Shown: positions 28,515-37,650, counted from the stretch's first letter. The stretch: DNA of 64,000 bases from Candidatus Kapaibacterium sp. (GCA_032027125.1 JAVSMQ010000001.1:2886778-2950777), one strand, 5' to 3'. The notes: a model not told the origin generated them from the sequence alone. Translations and numbers: made by a program.

Positions 28515-29030
28515 ATGAAGAATAAATTGATTTTTATACCTGTTATACTTACTATTACTGCCGGTTTTTGCGGTTGGTTAATTGGCTGGACAAATATTAA
28601 ACCTATTAGCAGGAATATAACCGTTCAGGCAAGACAATATGCTTACAACCCTGAAAGAATAGATTTAAACAAAGGTGATACACTACATATAAAACTTGTT
28701 TCATTAGATGTAATTCATGGATTTTATTTGGAAGGTTATGATACTGATGCTGAAATCTCATCTAATCAAAAAACGTTCAAAGTCAGGAAGCCATCAGATG
28801 GAAATAATTGGAAAGATACTGAAGAAATCGTACTGATTGTCAACAAAACAGGGAAATTCAGATACCGGTGTTCTCATACATGTGGTACTATGCACCCGTT
28901 TATGCAAGGAGAAATGATTGTAAAACCTAATTCGGTATTCCATGCCGGTCTTGGCGGTATAGTTGGTTTGTTAAGCGGTATGCTGATAATGTTTTATATG
29001 AAAAAACAAAACAAACCCGGGGAAAATTGA
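28515..29030 (+). CDS. membrane-anchored cupredoxin with a CuA-type site (cytochrome oxidase subunit II-like domain)
   Basis: 171 aa; N- and C-terminal hydrophobic helices; H...CSHTCGTMHPFM = C-x3-C-G-x2-H-x2-M with an upstream His (VIHGFYLEGY). Confidence 0.55.
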   Translation: MKNKLIFIPVILTITAGFCGWLIGWTNIKPISRNITVQARQYAYNPERIDLNKGDTLHIKLVSLDVIHGFYLEGYDTDAEISSNQKTFKVRKPSDGNNWKDTEEIVLIVNKTGKFRYRCSHTCGTMHPFMQGEMIVKPNSVFHAGLGGIVGLLSGMLIMFYMKKQNKPGEN

Positions 29031-30502
29031 AAATGACAACAATGAAATCAATACCCGAAGACTTAAAAACCCTTAATCAGAAGCCACCCTTTCTGGAAAA
29101 GGAATCGAAGCGGATAAATTTATTTAACAAATTTCCATTATTAAAACGAATTGTTAAAACAAGGGCATTTCAATTTTCATTGATATTACCAAATTTGTTT
29201 GTTTTTTACATAATAATACTTGCCGGATTTATCGGTACTCCTGTCGGTAACAGAAATATTGCAATTGTTTTTATTTGGATTCTTTGGTGGTTTTTGCTGA
29301 TTGCAATAATTGTACCTTTCGCTTCAAGATTTTGGTGTACTGTATGCCCGTTACCTTTTTTCGGTGACTTGTTTCAAAGAATGGCTTTTATAAAAGTCAG
29401 AACAGGAAAAACAGGTTTTCTGAAAAACAAACTATATGGATTGAATAAAAAATGGTCCCCCAAATTATCAAATATCTGGTTACAGAATATTGGCTTTTTA
29501 ACTCTCTGTACCTTTAGTGCAGTACTTGTTACAAGACCATTTGTTACTTCTGCCGTTCTTTTTGCCTTATTGGTTATGGGTACCTTATTTGCAATTATTT
29601 GGAAACTGAGAGCTTTTTGCAGCTATATCTGTCCGGTAAGCGGGTTTTTGAGTATATATTCGATGACATCAACTTTAGAACTAAGAAGCTCTGATAAAAG
29701 TGTATGCAAGCAATGCAAAGAAAAGGGATGTATAAGAGGAAATGAAAACGGATGGGGATGCCCATGGTTTGAAAATATGGGAACAATGGAAAGGAATAAT
29801 TACTGCGGTTTATGTATGGAATGTGTTAAATCCTGCCCCCATGATAATATTTCACTAAATCTCAGACCTTTTGCAACAGAGACCAAAATAAAAGGTATTG
29901 ATGAGTCATTCAAAGGATTTATCATGATAGCTCTTGCAATGGCTTACTCAGTAATACTTATGGGTACCAACGGAACTATAAAAGACTGGGCAAATGCTCC
30001 CGAAACCGGATATTGGGGTGGATTTTTTCTTTACGCAGCTATATTGTGGGGTTCTGCACTTGTCGTCGTACCCGGTTTATTCTACGGTTTTGCTTATTTA
30101 TCCAAACGTTTTTCAAAAGTAACCACCGTATCAGTAAAAGATATATTTAAAGCATATTCATATATTTTAGTTCCATTGGGACTGCTTGCATGGATTGCTT
30201 TTAGTTTTCCTTTGGTATTTGTCAACGGTTCTTATATTATTTCAGTTATTTCAGACCCTTTTGGCTGGGGTTGGAATTTATTCGGAACTACAGACATTCG
30301 CTGGCAGCCGTTAATTCCTGAATATCTCTGCTATGTTCAATATATATTATTAATGGTAGGATTGGGTTATGCAATTGACCGGGGTTATGCAATAGGACTT
30401 AATCTTTTTAAATCAGAGAAAGCCGCCTTAAACGGTTTGATACCTATGGCTGTCTTTGCAACTTTAGTTACATTGGCATTTATGATATTTTTTATAGGTT
30501 AA
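29027..30502 (+). CDS. NapH/MauN/CcoG-family membrane polyferredoxin
   Basis: 491 aa; multiple TM helices; WCTVCPLPF and FCSYICPVSG (CxxxCP-type motifs in TM regions); two 4Fe-4S motifs CKQCKEKGC...GCPWF and CGLCMECVKSCP; start overlaps the upstream stop by 4 nt. Confidence 0.55.
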   Translation: MKMTTMKSIPEDLKTLNQKPPFLEKESKRINLFNKFPLLKRIVKTRAFQFSLILPNLFVFYIIILAGFIGTPVGNRNIAIVFIWILWWFLLIAIIVPFASRFWCTVCPLPFFGDLFQRMAFIKVRTGKTGFLKNKLYGLNKKWSPKLSNIWLQNIGFLTLCTFSAVLVTRPFVTSAVLFALLVMGTLFAIIWKLRAFCSYICPVSGFLSIYSMTSTLELRSSDKSVCKQCKEKGCIRGNENGWGCPWFENMGTMERNNYCGLCMECVKSCPHDNISLNLRPFATETKIKGIDESFKGFIMIALAMAYSVILMGTNGTIKDWANAPETGYWGGFFLYAAILWGSALVVVPGLFYGFAYLSKRFSKVTTVSVKDIFKAYSYILVPLGLLAWIAFSFPLVFVNGSYIISVISDPFGWGWNLFGTTDIRWQPLIPEYLCYVQYILLMVGLGYAIDRGYAIGLNLFKSEKAALNGLIPMAVFATLVTLAFMIFFIG

Positions 30503-30528
30503 TAATTTTATATGGAGAATAAGATTTA

Positions 30529-31515
30529 ATGAAAAAAAATTATATAGAAATAATAACTTTAATAACCATTGTTGTCATTTTAATAGGAACACCGTTTGCC
30601 GTTAGTGTTAATTCTCCCTGGAATAATAAAAACTCCAAGACCGGAAAGCCGCACACAAGAATTATTAATCTTACGGCAGTTGCCGGTCAGGGTATTTGGA
30701 CAGAAGATAAAGTTGACGGATTGAACTATTGGAATACGCAGTTTAAGAGGGCAAATATTATTCTGACAAAAGGCGAAAAGGTTATATTTAGATTTACAAG
30801 TGTGGATGTAACCCATTCTTTTTATGTTCCGGAACTTGGACTGGGACCTGTTATTGTTGAGGCTGGTCATATATATGATGTACCATTCACAACTGACATA
30901 ACCGGAAAATTTACTTACTACTGTACAACTGTCTGCGGTCATTGTCATTTATATATGCGGGGAAATATTGTTATATTAACAAATGAAGAAAAAAACAATT
31001 CTGATATAGTAAAGAAATTAACATTAGATACTATCAGACCCGAATGCTGCAACGTAAATCCGAAAATACCTGTTAAAGCATCATCCTTTGTTCAGCACGG
31101 CAAAATGTTATTTAAGAATAAAGGCTGCTACTTATGTCATGGAGAGGCAGGGAAAGGCGGCGTTTATAATCCGAATTATGCTCAAAAATTTGTTCCGACT
31201 CTAAATACTCTCGCAGACAAATTAAAACTTTCCGATAAAGATGAAGCCGACAGTATAATAAAGTATCTTGAATCGGGCAGCAATCTTGAGAAGCTTAATG
31301 ACAATCCGCCTTTTGAAACATATAACCGTTTCTATTCCCAGTACGGTTCAATTACCAAAAAGATACTTGACGGCGCTCCGAATGTACTGCGTTTGGATTC
31401 TTTAGGCTGCAATCCTCCGCTTTTGATGCCATCATGGAATCATCATTTATCCAAGCGTGATATTAATTCCATAATAGCTTATTTAATTAATATATATGAC
31501 TGGGAGAACAATTAA
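30529..31515 (+). CDS. COX2-like CuA cupredoxin fused to a C-terminal cytochrome c domain
   Basis: 328 aa; N-terminal TM; VTHSFYVPELG...CTTVCGHCHLYM (H-x36-C-x3-C-G-x2-H-x2-M); C-terminal CYLCHGEAGKGG heme motif; no CoxI gene nearby. Confidence 0.6.
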   Translation: MKKNYIEIITLITIVVILIGTPFAVSVNSPWNNKNSKTGKPHTRIINLTAVAGQGIWTEDKVDGLNYWNTQFKRANIILTKGEKVIFRFTSVDVTHSFYVPELGLGPVIVEAGHIYDVPFTTDITGKFTYYCTTVCGHCHLYMRGNIVILTNEEKNNSDIVKKLTLDTIRPECCNVNPKIPVKASSFVQHGKMLFKNKGCYLCHGEAGKGGVYNPNYAQKFVPTLNTLADKLKLSDKDEADSIIKYLESGSNLEKLNDNPPFETYNRFYSQYGSITKKILDGAPNVLRLDSLGCNPPLLMPSWNHHLSKRDINSIIAYLINIYDWENN

Positions 31516-31577
31516 AATATCCGGATAATTTAGATGTGCTGCACTTTTGAAGTTTGGTACGTCTGAATCCAACCACG

Positions 31578-31722
31578 CCTTAATCCCCTCCTTGAAAAAA
31601 GGAGGGGAAATTTGAATCAAAATCCCCCTGCTTCGCTTCCCCCTTTGCCAAAGGGGGATGTCACAGAGTGACAGGGGGATTTGAGTTAACCACCTCTGAC
31701 CCCAATCGTTTTCACGGATTTA
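31578..31722. repeat. nested-hairpin intergenic repeat element (copy A; copy B at 51288..51510)
   Basis: cccctccttgaaaaaaggagggg hairpin; atccccctg...ccccctttgccaaaggggg...cagggggat nested hairpins; ttcacggatt tail; ~85% identical to the second copy. Confidence 0.8.
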
Positions 31723-31816
31723 AACTTTAATAATAATATTAAATTATTAATATCGTTACCAATTTGTAAACATAAATGGAATCTATCAACATATAAATAT
31801 AATTAGTCACAATAAG

Positions 31817-32506
31817 ATGAAAATCCTCAAACATACACTACTTGCATTAACTTTACTACTTTCAGCAGCAAATCTTTCTTTTGCTCAAACATTTTCTAAC
31901 AGTCCAAACGATACAATCAACGTAATTGGAATGATGGAAGATATGGCAACGCTAAATATTCAGCAACTCAACATTTCTTCAAACACAATAACATTAAAAT
32001 GGGAAAAAGTTAGTGAAAATATACCTTCTGCCTGGGAAGCATCTGTTTGTGATAATAAGATATGTTACGCATCATTAATTGACAGCGGGACGATGAATCC
32101 TGTTAACCCTGCTGATTCCGGATTATTACTCCTTCATATTACTACCCATGTAAATTATGGTACAGCCATAGTTCGTTATGCAGTTTGGGATATTGCAAAC
32201 CCTGCTTTCAGAGATACGTTGACTTACATACTTTCGGTTAACAATTTTTCAACAGTAAGTGAAATTAATAATTTAAATGCTTTAAGTATATACCCAAACC
32301 CTGCATTTGATAATATCAACATCCAAACAAATTTGCAAACAGCTTTTATTTTTTCAATTATTGATATTACAGGTAATGAAATTAGGAAAGGATTTTCAGA
32401 AGTAAATTCAATATCACTTTCAACAGAAGAATTATCAAGTGGAGTTTACTTTATTCAAATTAAATCAAAAAACAATGTATTTACTAAAAATTTTATTAAA
32501 CGGTGA
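31817..32506 (+). CDS. small secreted protein with T9SS C-terminal sorting domain
   Basis: 229 aa; signal peptide; C-terminus LSIYPNPAFDNINIQ...SSGVYFIQIKSKNNVFTKNFIKR. Confidence 0.55.
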   Translation: MKILKHTLLALTLLLSAANLSFAQTFSNSPNDTINVIGMMEDMATLNIQQLNISSNTITLKWEKVSENIPSAWEASVCDNKICYASLIDSGTMNPVNPADSGLLLLHITTHVNYGTAIVRYAVWDIANPAFRDTLTYILSVNNFSTVSEINNLNALSIYPNPAFDNINIQTNLQTAFIFSIIDITGNEIRKGFSEVNSISLSTEELSSGVYFIQIKSKNNVFTKNFIKR

Positions 32507-32515
32507 CATTTTAAT

Positions 32516-33961
32516 ATGAAAATATATCTACTCATTATATTTGTGTGTACAAGTTTTATTGCGTACGCTGAAAGTAACATTATCTGGAATCCTGTCATAA
32601 ATATTTCCACAAATACTTACGGAAATATGCATCCCCGCATATCATTAGACGGATTAGGAAATCCATTAATAATTTGGGGAAGAATGTCTGACCAGTCAGT
32701 TTACTTTTCACGGTGGACAGGAAACATGTTCACAGTACCTGTAAAATTAAATCCTTCATGGCTTACTGTTGCAACGGCAAGCTGGATGGGACCGGACATA
32801 TCATCAAAAGGTGATACAGTTTACGTTGTTGTAAAGAGAGCACCTGAAACAGATGGAAATAACCGTATATTTATTTTTACTTCATTTAATGGCGGTATTT
32901 CATTCAATACTCCCGTTGAATTAGCTTTTATTGCTGACAGTGTTTCCCGTTTTCCAACAGTTACAACAGATTCGTCCGGAAATCCTATTGTAGCATTTAT
33001 GAAATTCAATTCCTCTTTTCTCGAATCAAGATGGGTGATTGTAAAATCTATTGATTACGGTAAAACATTTAATATTGATGTTAAAGCAAGCGGTTGGGGA
33101 AATTCTTCTGAAGTATGCGACTGTTGTCCGGGTGCCGTTATTTCTTCCGGCAACACTTGTGCATTGTTGTATCGCGACAATAACAGCAACATCCGTGATT
33201 GTTGGGCAGGTATTTCAACAGATAATGCAGATATATTCAAAAGTGGTTTTGCACTGGAAAATAATAAATGGAGTATTAATTCTTGTCCTGCAAGCGGACC
33301 TGATGGTGTTATCATTGGCGATAATATTTACTCTGTTTTTATGAATGGTGCAAGTGGAAATTATCGAAATTATTTAAGTAAATCTTCAATCAGCACCGGA
33401 AAAATTGAATCAGTTTCAAATTTGTCAGGTACAATAACAGGACTAAGTCAACAGAATTACCCCAGAATTGCAACTGATGGAAATGCAATAGCTGTCGTCT
33501 GGAAACAAACAGTAAGCGGTACAGCACAATTGCCGATACTTTTTACTAACAATGCAGCAAACGGTTTTACTTCTTCTTCTGAAATTGTTGACATTAGTGA
33601 CATAACCAATACTGATGTAGCCATGAGTAAAGGAAATATCTTTGTTGTATGGCAGGATGATAATTCAGGAACTGTAAAATACCGAAGCGGTACTTACTTA
33701 CCTTCTACTTCAGTAATAAATCAGGGTGAAAATAATAATTATTCGATTTATCCAAATCCTGCAAAAGATTTCCTAAATATTATTTCTCCCGAAAACAGAA
33801 TTTTCTCAATAAATGTAATTAATTCATTGGGTGAAATCATATATTCAGGGCAGTCAATTTCAAACACCAAAATAGAAACTTCAAAATTCTCCAAAGGCAT
33901 TTACATTTTACTTCTGAAATCGCAAAATCATATTTTTACTCAAAAGTTTATAATAGAATAA
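32516..33961 (+). CDS. secreted beta-propeller/BNR-like protein with T9SS C-terminal sorting domain
   Basis: 481 aa; signal peptide; C-terminus YSIYPNPAKDFLNII...SKGIYILLLKSQNHIFTQKFIIE. Confidence 0.55.
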   Translation: MKIYLLIIFVCTSFIAYAESNIIWNPVINISTNTYGNMHPRISLDGLGNPLIIWGRMSDQSVYFSRWTGNMFTVPVKLNPSWLTVATASWMGPDISSKGDTVYVVVKRAPETDGNNRIFIFTSFNGGISFNTPVELAFIADSVSRFPTVTTDSSGNPIVAFMKFNSSFLESRWVIVKSIDYGKTFNIDVKASGWGNSSEVCDCCPGAVISSGNTCALLYRDNNSNIRDCWAGISTDNADIFKSGFALENNKWSINSCPASGPDGVIIGDNIYSVFMNGASGNYRNYLSKSSISTGKIESVSNLSGTITGLSQQNYPRIATDGNAIAVVWKQTVSGTAQLPILFTNNAANGFTSSSEIVDISDITNTDVAMSKGNIFVVWQDDNSGTVKYRSGTYLPSTSVINQGENNNYSIYPNPAKDFLNIISPENRIFSINVINSLGEIIYSGQSISNTKIETSKFSKGIYILLLKSQNHIFTQKFIIE

Positions 33962-34180
33962 AAGCTGCTGCTTATGTCATGGAGAGGCTGGTAAAGGCGG
34001 TGTTTATAATCCGAATTATGCTCAATAATTTGTTCCTACTCCAAATCATGGAATCATCATTTATCCAAGCGTGATATTAATTCCATAATAGCTTATTTAA
34101 TTAATCTATATGACTGGGAAAACAATTAAAATTTCCGGATATTTTAGATGTGCCACACTTTGGAAGTGTGGCACATCCTA
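33962..34180 (+). pseudogene. degenerate duplicate of the 3' end (plus downstream hairpin) of the CuA/cytochrome c gene 30529..31515, with a ~220-bp internal deletion and a frameshift
   Basis: 33962-34046 aligns to 31121-31209 (one G deleted, hence frameshift); 34047-34180 aligns to 31433-31565; the perfect hairpin gatgtgccacactt-tggaa-gtgtggcacatc plus T-run at 34147..34185 probably terminates the upstream T9SS gene. Confidence 0.65.
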
Positions 34181-34257
34181 ATTTTTACTTATTTCCCCTA
34201 CTTCTTTGGGCAGGTGATAATTTTTGCATTATTCTTTTGCAGTAAAATAATTCCTTT

Positions 34258-34611
34258 TTAAAAATTTATAACCTTATCGCTGTCAACAACCCATTGAGTA
34301 TATTCAACCATGTTACTTTTCTCAACGCCGTCAATCACAGGCAATTCATTTAACCCGCGGGCTTGTCCGCAAGTCCCGCATGCCTTAACTTTACCGCCTT
34401 TGTTGATAACGCTCTTCATCATTCTTTCAATGTTGTAGTAACCATTTGGTGTGTTAGTATTCGGCAAAGAGCAGAAAACAGCATCTGCCATCAAAAATAT
34501 TCTGACTTCAACACTTTCGTGTTCTTTTTGAAGAGTCATTGCAAGCCTTAAAGCATTATAGGCTTTTTCATTGCCATAAGGGGCATCGTTGATAACCAAG
34601 AGAATTTTCAT
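34258..34611 (-). CDS. DsrE/DsrF-family sulfur-relay-like protein
   Basis: 117 aa; MKILLVINDAPYGNEKAYNALRLAMT and a conserved Cys (KACGTCGQARG). Confidence 0.7.
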   Translation of the reverse strand: MKILLVINDAPYGNEKAYNALRLAMTLQKEHESVEVRIFLMADAVFCSLPNTNTPNGYYNIERMMKSVINKGGKVKACGTCGQARGLNELPVIDGVEKSNMVEYTQWVVDSDKVINF

Positions 34612-34635
34612 AATAGTACCTTTATAAGTGAATAA

Positions 34636-35871
34636 TTATATATTTATTGGAATTCTTAATAATTTGCTACTTATTTTTAATAGCATTTCATAAAATGACT
34701 TTTTCACACCAATTGGAGCAAGCCAGTATTTTTCAAACAAAACCTTACCCAAATGCCACCTTCTACTGACATTACTTAGATGAATCTCAGGATTAGGTTC
34801 ACCATAAAAATTTCCGTAAGCAAAACCTGATTCTCCATTTCCTGCTTCAATCATGCAATAACCAAATCCTTCAAACTGACTTCCGGAATTAATTCCTTCA
34901 ATTCTTTCAGATATAATTTGAGACACAATTTCAGCTTGACCATGAGCAAATACTCCGGCTTTTGGAAGATTCATCGGAATATCTTTTTTCCATCTTCCAG
35001 GTATAGATATTGATGTTACGTCTCCGATTGCAAAAACATTTTCGTATTTTGTTTCAAGAGTATTCAAATCTACAGGTATCCATCCGCTTTCATTTGTCAA
35101 TGCTGATTCTTTCAATACTTCAGGACTTCTATGTGGTGGTATGACAATTAAAAGGTCATATTTTACTGATTCTTTGTTTTCAAAAAATAACATTCTATTT
35201 TCGTTATCAACACTTTTTAGTTTGTAAAGCGGATTAAATATTATGTTTTTTGATCTTAATAAGTCCTCAACTGCCGAGCCAAGCACTGGTCCGGCAACAG
35301 GCATAGGCTGGGATTCCGGTGTGTAAAAATTTATAACAACTTTATCTTTCATACCTTTTTTTCTAAAAAAGTCTGAAATCAGTAGTGAACCTTCGTGAGG
35401 TGCGCCGGGACATTTATAAGGAAGAGAGCAAACTACAACTGCGATAGACCCTCCCTTGAAATTTTTTAAGTCTTCGTAAATTTTTAAGGAACCATCACGA
35501 GTAAAAAAAGTGTTCGTTTCGGATGTTAATCCGGGAATTGCTTCAAGGTTTAATTCTGCTCCAAGTGCTATAATTAAATAATCGAATGGCATTTCTTTAT
35601 TGCCTGAAATTATTTTTTTATTTGTTACATCAATTCTATTAACTTCTGAAATAACCAAATCAATTCCGGGAAGTAAAAGTTTTGATAATTGAATCTGAAT
35701 TTCAGAAGTTTGACGAGTCCCTGTCATTAGCCAGATAAACGAGGGTGCAAAAGAATGCATAGGATTCTTCTCAATTAGAATAATTTTGCAATCCAAACAA
35801 AGCTTTCTCCTTAATTCGTTAGCAGCCACTATTCCACCAATTCCGCCGCCTAAAATTATAATTGTTTTCAT
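34636..35871 (-). CDS. FAD-dependent pyridine nucleotide-disulfide oxidoreductase, sulfide:quinone oxidoreductase (SQR)-like
   Basis: 411 aa; N-terminal IILGGGIGGIVAANEL FAD motif; second dinucleotide fold; adjacent DsrE. Confidence 0.6.
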   Translation of the reverse strand: MKTIIILGGGIGGIVAANELRRKLCLDCKIILIEKNPMHSFAPSFIWLMTGTRQTSEIQIQLSKLLLPGIDLVISEVNRIDVTNKKIISGNKEMPFDYLIIALGAELNLEAIPGLTSETNTFFTRDGSLKIYEDLKNFKGGSIAVVVCSLPYKCPGAPHEGSLLISDFFRKKGMKDKVVINFYTPESQPMPVAGPVLGSAVEDLLRSKNIIFNPLYKLKSVDNENRMLFFENKESVKYDLLIVIPPHRSPEVLKESALTNESGWIPVDLNTLETKYENVFAIGDVTSISIPGRWKKDIPMNLPKAGVFAHGQAEIVSQIISERIEGINSGSQFEGFGYCMIEAGNGESGFAYGNFYGEPNPEIHLSNVSRRWHLGKVLFEKYWLAPIGVKKSFYEMLLKISSKLLRIPINI

Positions 35872-35969
35872 ATAATAAGTTCCATTATTTTAAAAAATAA
35901 ACATTTTTCCAAATCAAGTGTTTTCCGGCAAATACAGTTACATAAACTTGAAATTCTCCAAATATATTT

Positions 35970-36602
35970 CTAATGAATAAAATATCCGGCAATTCCAAGA
36001 ACTATCAGTAAAATTCCAGTAATTGCTTTTTCGTGATGCTCGAGAAAATGAGATTTGATTTTTTTAACACCCTTCAAACCAAGCCATACCAATAAAAGCA
36101 TTCCGGCTACGGTTATAATTGTATAAATAATAGATACGGCTATAATCCCTTCCCATCCGAGTTTGCCCGCAACAAAGAAGTACGCTTCAATTTCCAGACA
36201 AGGTGAAAAAAACATTGAAATAACCAATGTCAGTAATATTGCAAAGGTCGTTTTCTTCTTTGAATCATCAATATGAATTTCATGATGGTGATGTTTGTTT
36301 TGACTAAAGTTTATTAATAAATAAATCAATCCAAGTATTATCAAAATTGTCGGAGCGATTACACCGACAATAAAAGCATAAGAAGAAGATAGTTTATAAC
36401 CGAAAAATCCAACTATGATTCCTATTATTATCGTGCTGAGTGTGTGTGAAAAGCCTGCGATAGCAGTTGCAATCATCGTAAACTTTTCACTCCACTTTTC
36501 TGATTTCGACAATGCAACCAATGGAATCCAATGATTTGGTATAGATGCATGAACTATACTAAGCATCAAAGCACCAATGATTATTTGAGATAAACCGGTC
36601 AT
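35970..36602 (-). CDS. 6-TM membrane protein with a poly-His loop, putative Ni/Co/Zn-type metal transporter (NicO/HupE-UreJ-like)
   Basis: 210 aa; HASIPNHW near TM1; NKHHHHEIHIDD cytoplasmic loop; its C-terminal end is duplicated as a remnant at 37737..37789. Confidence 0.45.
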   Translation of the reverse strand: MTGLSQIIIGALMLSIVHASIPNHWIPLVALSKSEKWSEKFTMIATAIAGFSHTLSTIIIGIIVGFFGYKLSSSYAFIVGVIAPTILIILGLIYLLINFSQNKHHHHEIHIDDSKKKTTFAILLTLVISMFFSPCLEIEAYFFVAGKLGWEGIIAVSIIYTIITVAGMLLLVWLGLKGVKKIKSHFLEHHEKAITGILLIVLGIAGYFIH

Positions 36603-36644
36603 AATAAATTCCTTTTATTATTAATTCTATGTTTCAAATTGCTT

Positions 36645-37022
36645 CTATTTCACTTTAAATCCATTCTTTCTTAGATTATCTCTTGCATCTTGTAAAGTTA
36701 CTTCTTTTAGTGCCATACCGCATAAAGGACAAGTTTCTGTATTGTCAGAAATTACATCCCAGTGCATTGGGTCTTGAAATACTTTGCCATCTTTGTTGAT
36801 GTCAATTTCATTGACATCAATAATGCCTTTTCTAATTATTGAAGTATCTCCACCTCCAGAATTTTGCATATTGTGACCTGAATGCCCTCCCATTCCACAC
36901 ATCCCCATCATTCCCATGCAGGAATTAATCAGCATCACTGATAATAAAAGCCCTAAGATAAGCAATGACTTCATCAATTTTTTATTTTTCATAGCATTAA
37001 TCCTTAACAAAAATATTTTCAA
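36645..37022 (-). CDS. small periplasmic heavy-metal-binding protein (CusB-N-terminal HMBD-like domain, Met/His-rich N-terminus)
   Basis: signal peptide; MGMMGMCGMGGHSGHNMQN; KDGKVFQDPMHWDVISDNTETCPLCGMAL resembles the CxMHP...CPxCGM metal-binding domain of CusB-type proteins; paralogs at 55537, 55950 and 63417. Confidence 0.6.
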   Translation of the reverse strand: MKIFLLRINAMKNKKLMKSLLILGLLLSVMLINSCMGMMGMCGMGGHSGHNMQNSGGGDTSIIRKGIIDVNEIDINKDGKVFQDPMHWDVISDNTETCPLCGMALKEVTLQDARDNLRKNGFKVK

Positions 37023-37044
37023 TTCTAATTTTCATTCTAAAAAT

Positions 37045-37650
37045 TTATTCAATTACTCTTAACCAAACTTTTCGTTCGTAGTAATTTCCTATCATCCCAC
37101 TTTTTGCATTCCCCTTAATTGATTCTCCCTTTGTCATCATCAATTGTAATTGAATTTCCGAATCTTTTGCATCGCTGAGAGGCTGAATAGTCATTGGCAA
37201 AGCTGTAATAACTGCGCCTTCAAACCCGGGTAACTTATCTCCGGTCAGACGGCATGATATTGGTAGATTCACATCCCAACCTTGTGCAAATTTTGAAAGA
37301 TAATTTGACTCAATTCTTGTTGGGTCAATATATATCCACGCATTACGATAAGGATGTGTTAAATCGTCATCCTTTGAACGTCCTATTACTGTAAGAACAG
37401 TTTTCCGCTGTCCCCGCTTTACTTCGATAAGGAATGTTCCATCTGATTGGCGAAGAGATTTCATTGATTCCTTATCAATTATATCAATGATTGTTTTCTT
37501 GACGTCAATCCAGGGACCGTTGTTCACATGACAGCTCATACAGGATTTTGATTTACTCAAAATTCCTACTGCCGGTGGATAAGCTAATGTTCTAAGAGCA
37601 AAAGCAATAAACAAGCACAAACCTGTTATTAAGATTAGTCGAGTCTTCAT
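37045..37650 (-). CDS. secreted monoheme c-type cytochrome-like protein
   Basis: 201 aa; signal peptide; single CxxCH (SCMSCHV). Confidence 0.4.
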   Translation of the reverse strand: MKTRLILITGLCLFIAFALRTLAYPPAVGILSKSKSCMSCHVNNGPWIDVKKTIIDIIDKESMKSLRQSDGTFLIEVKRGQRKTVLTVIGRSKDDDLTHPYRNAWIYIDPTRIESNYLSKFAQGWDVNLPISCRLTGDKLPGFEGAVITALPMTIQPLSDAKDSEIQLQLMMTKGESIKGNAKSGMIGNYYERKVWLRVIE

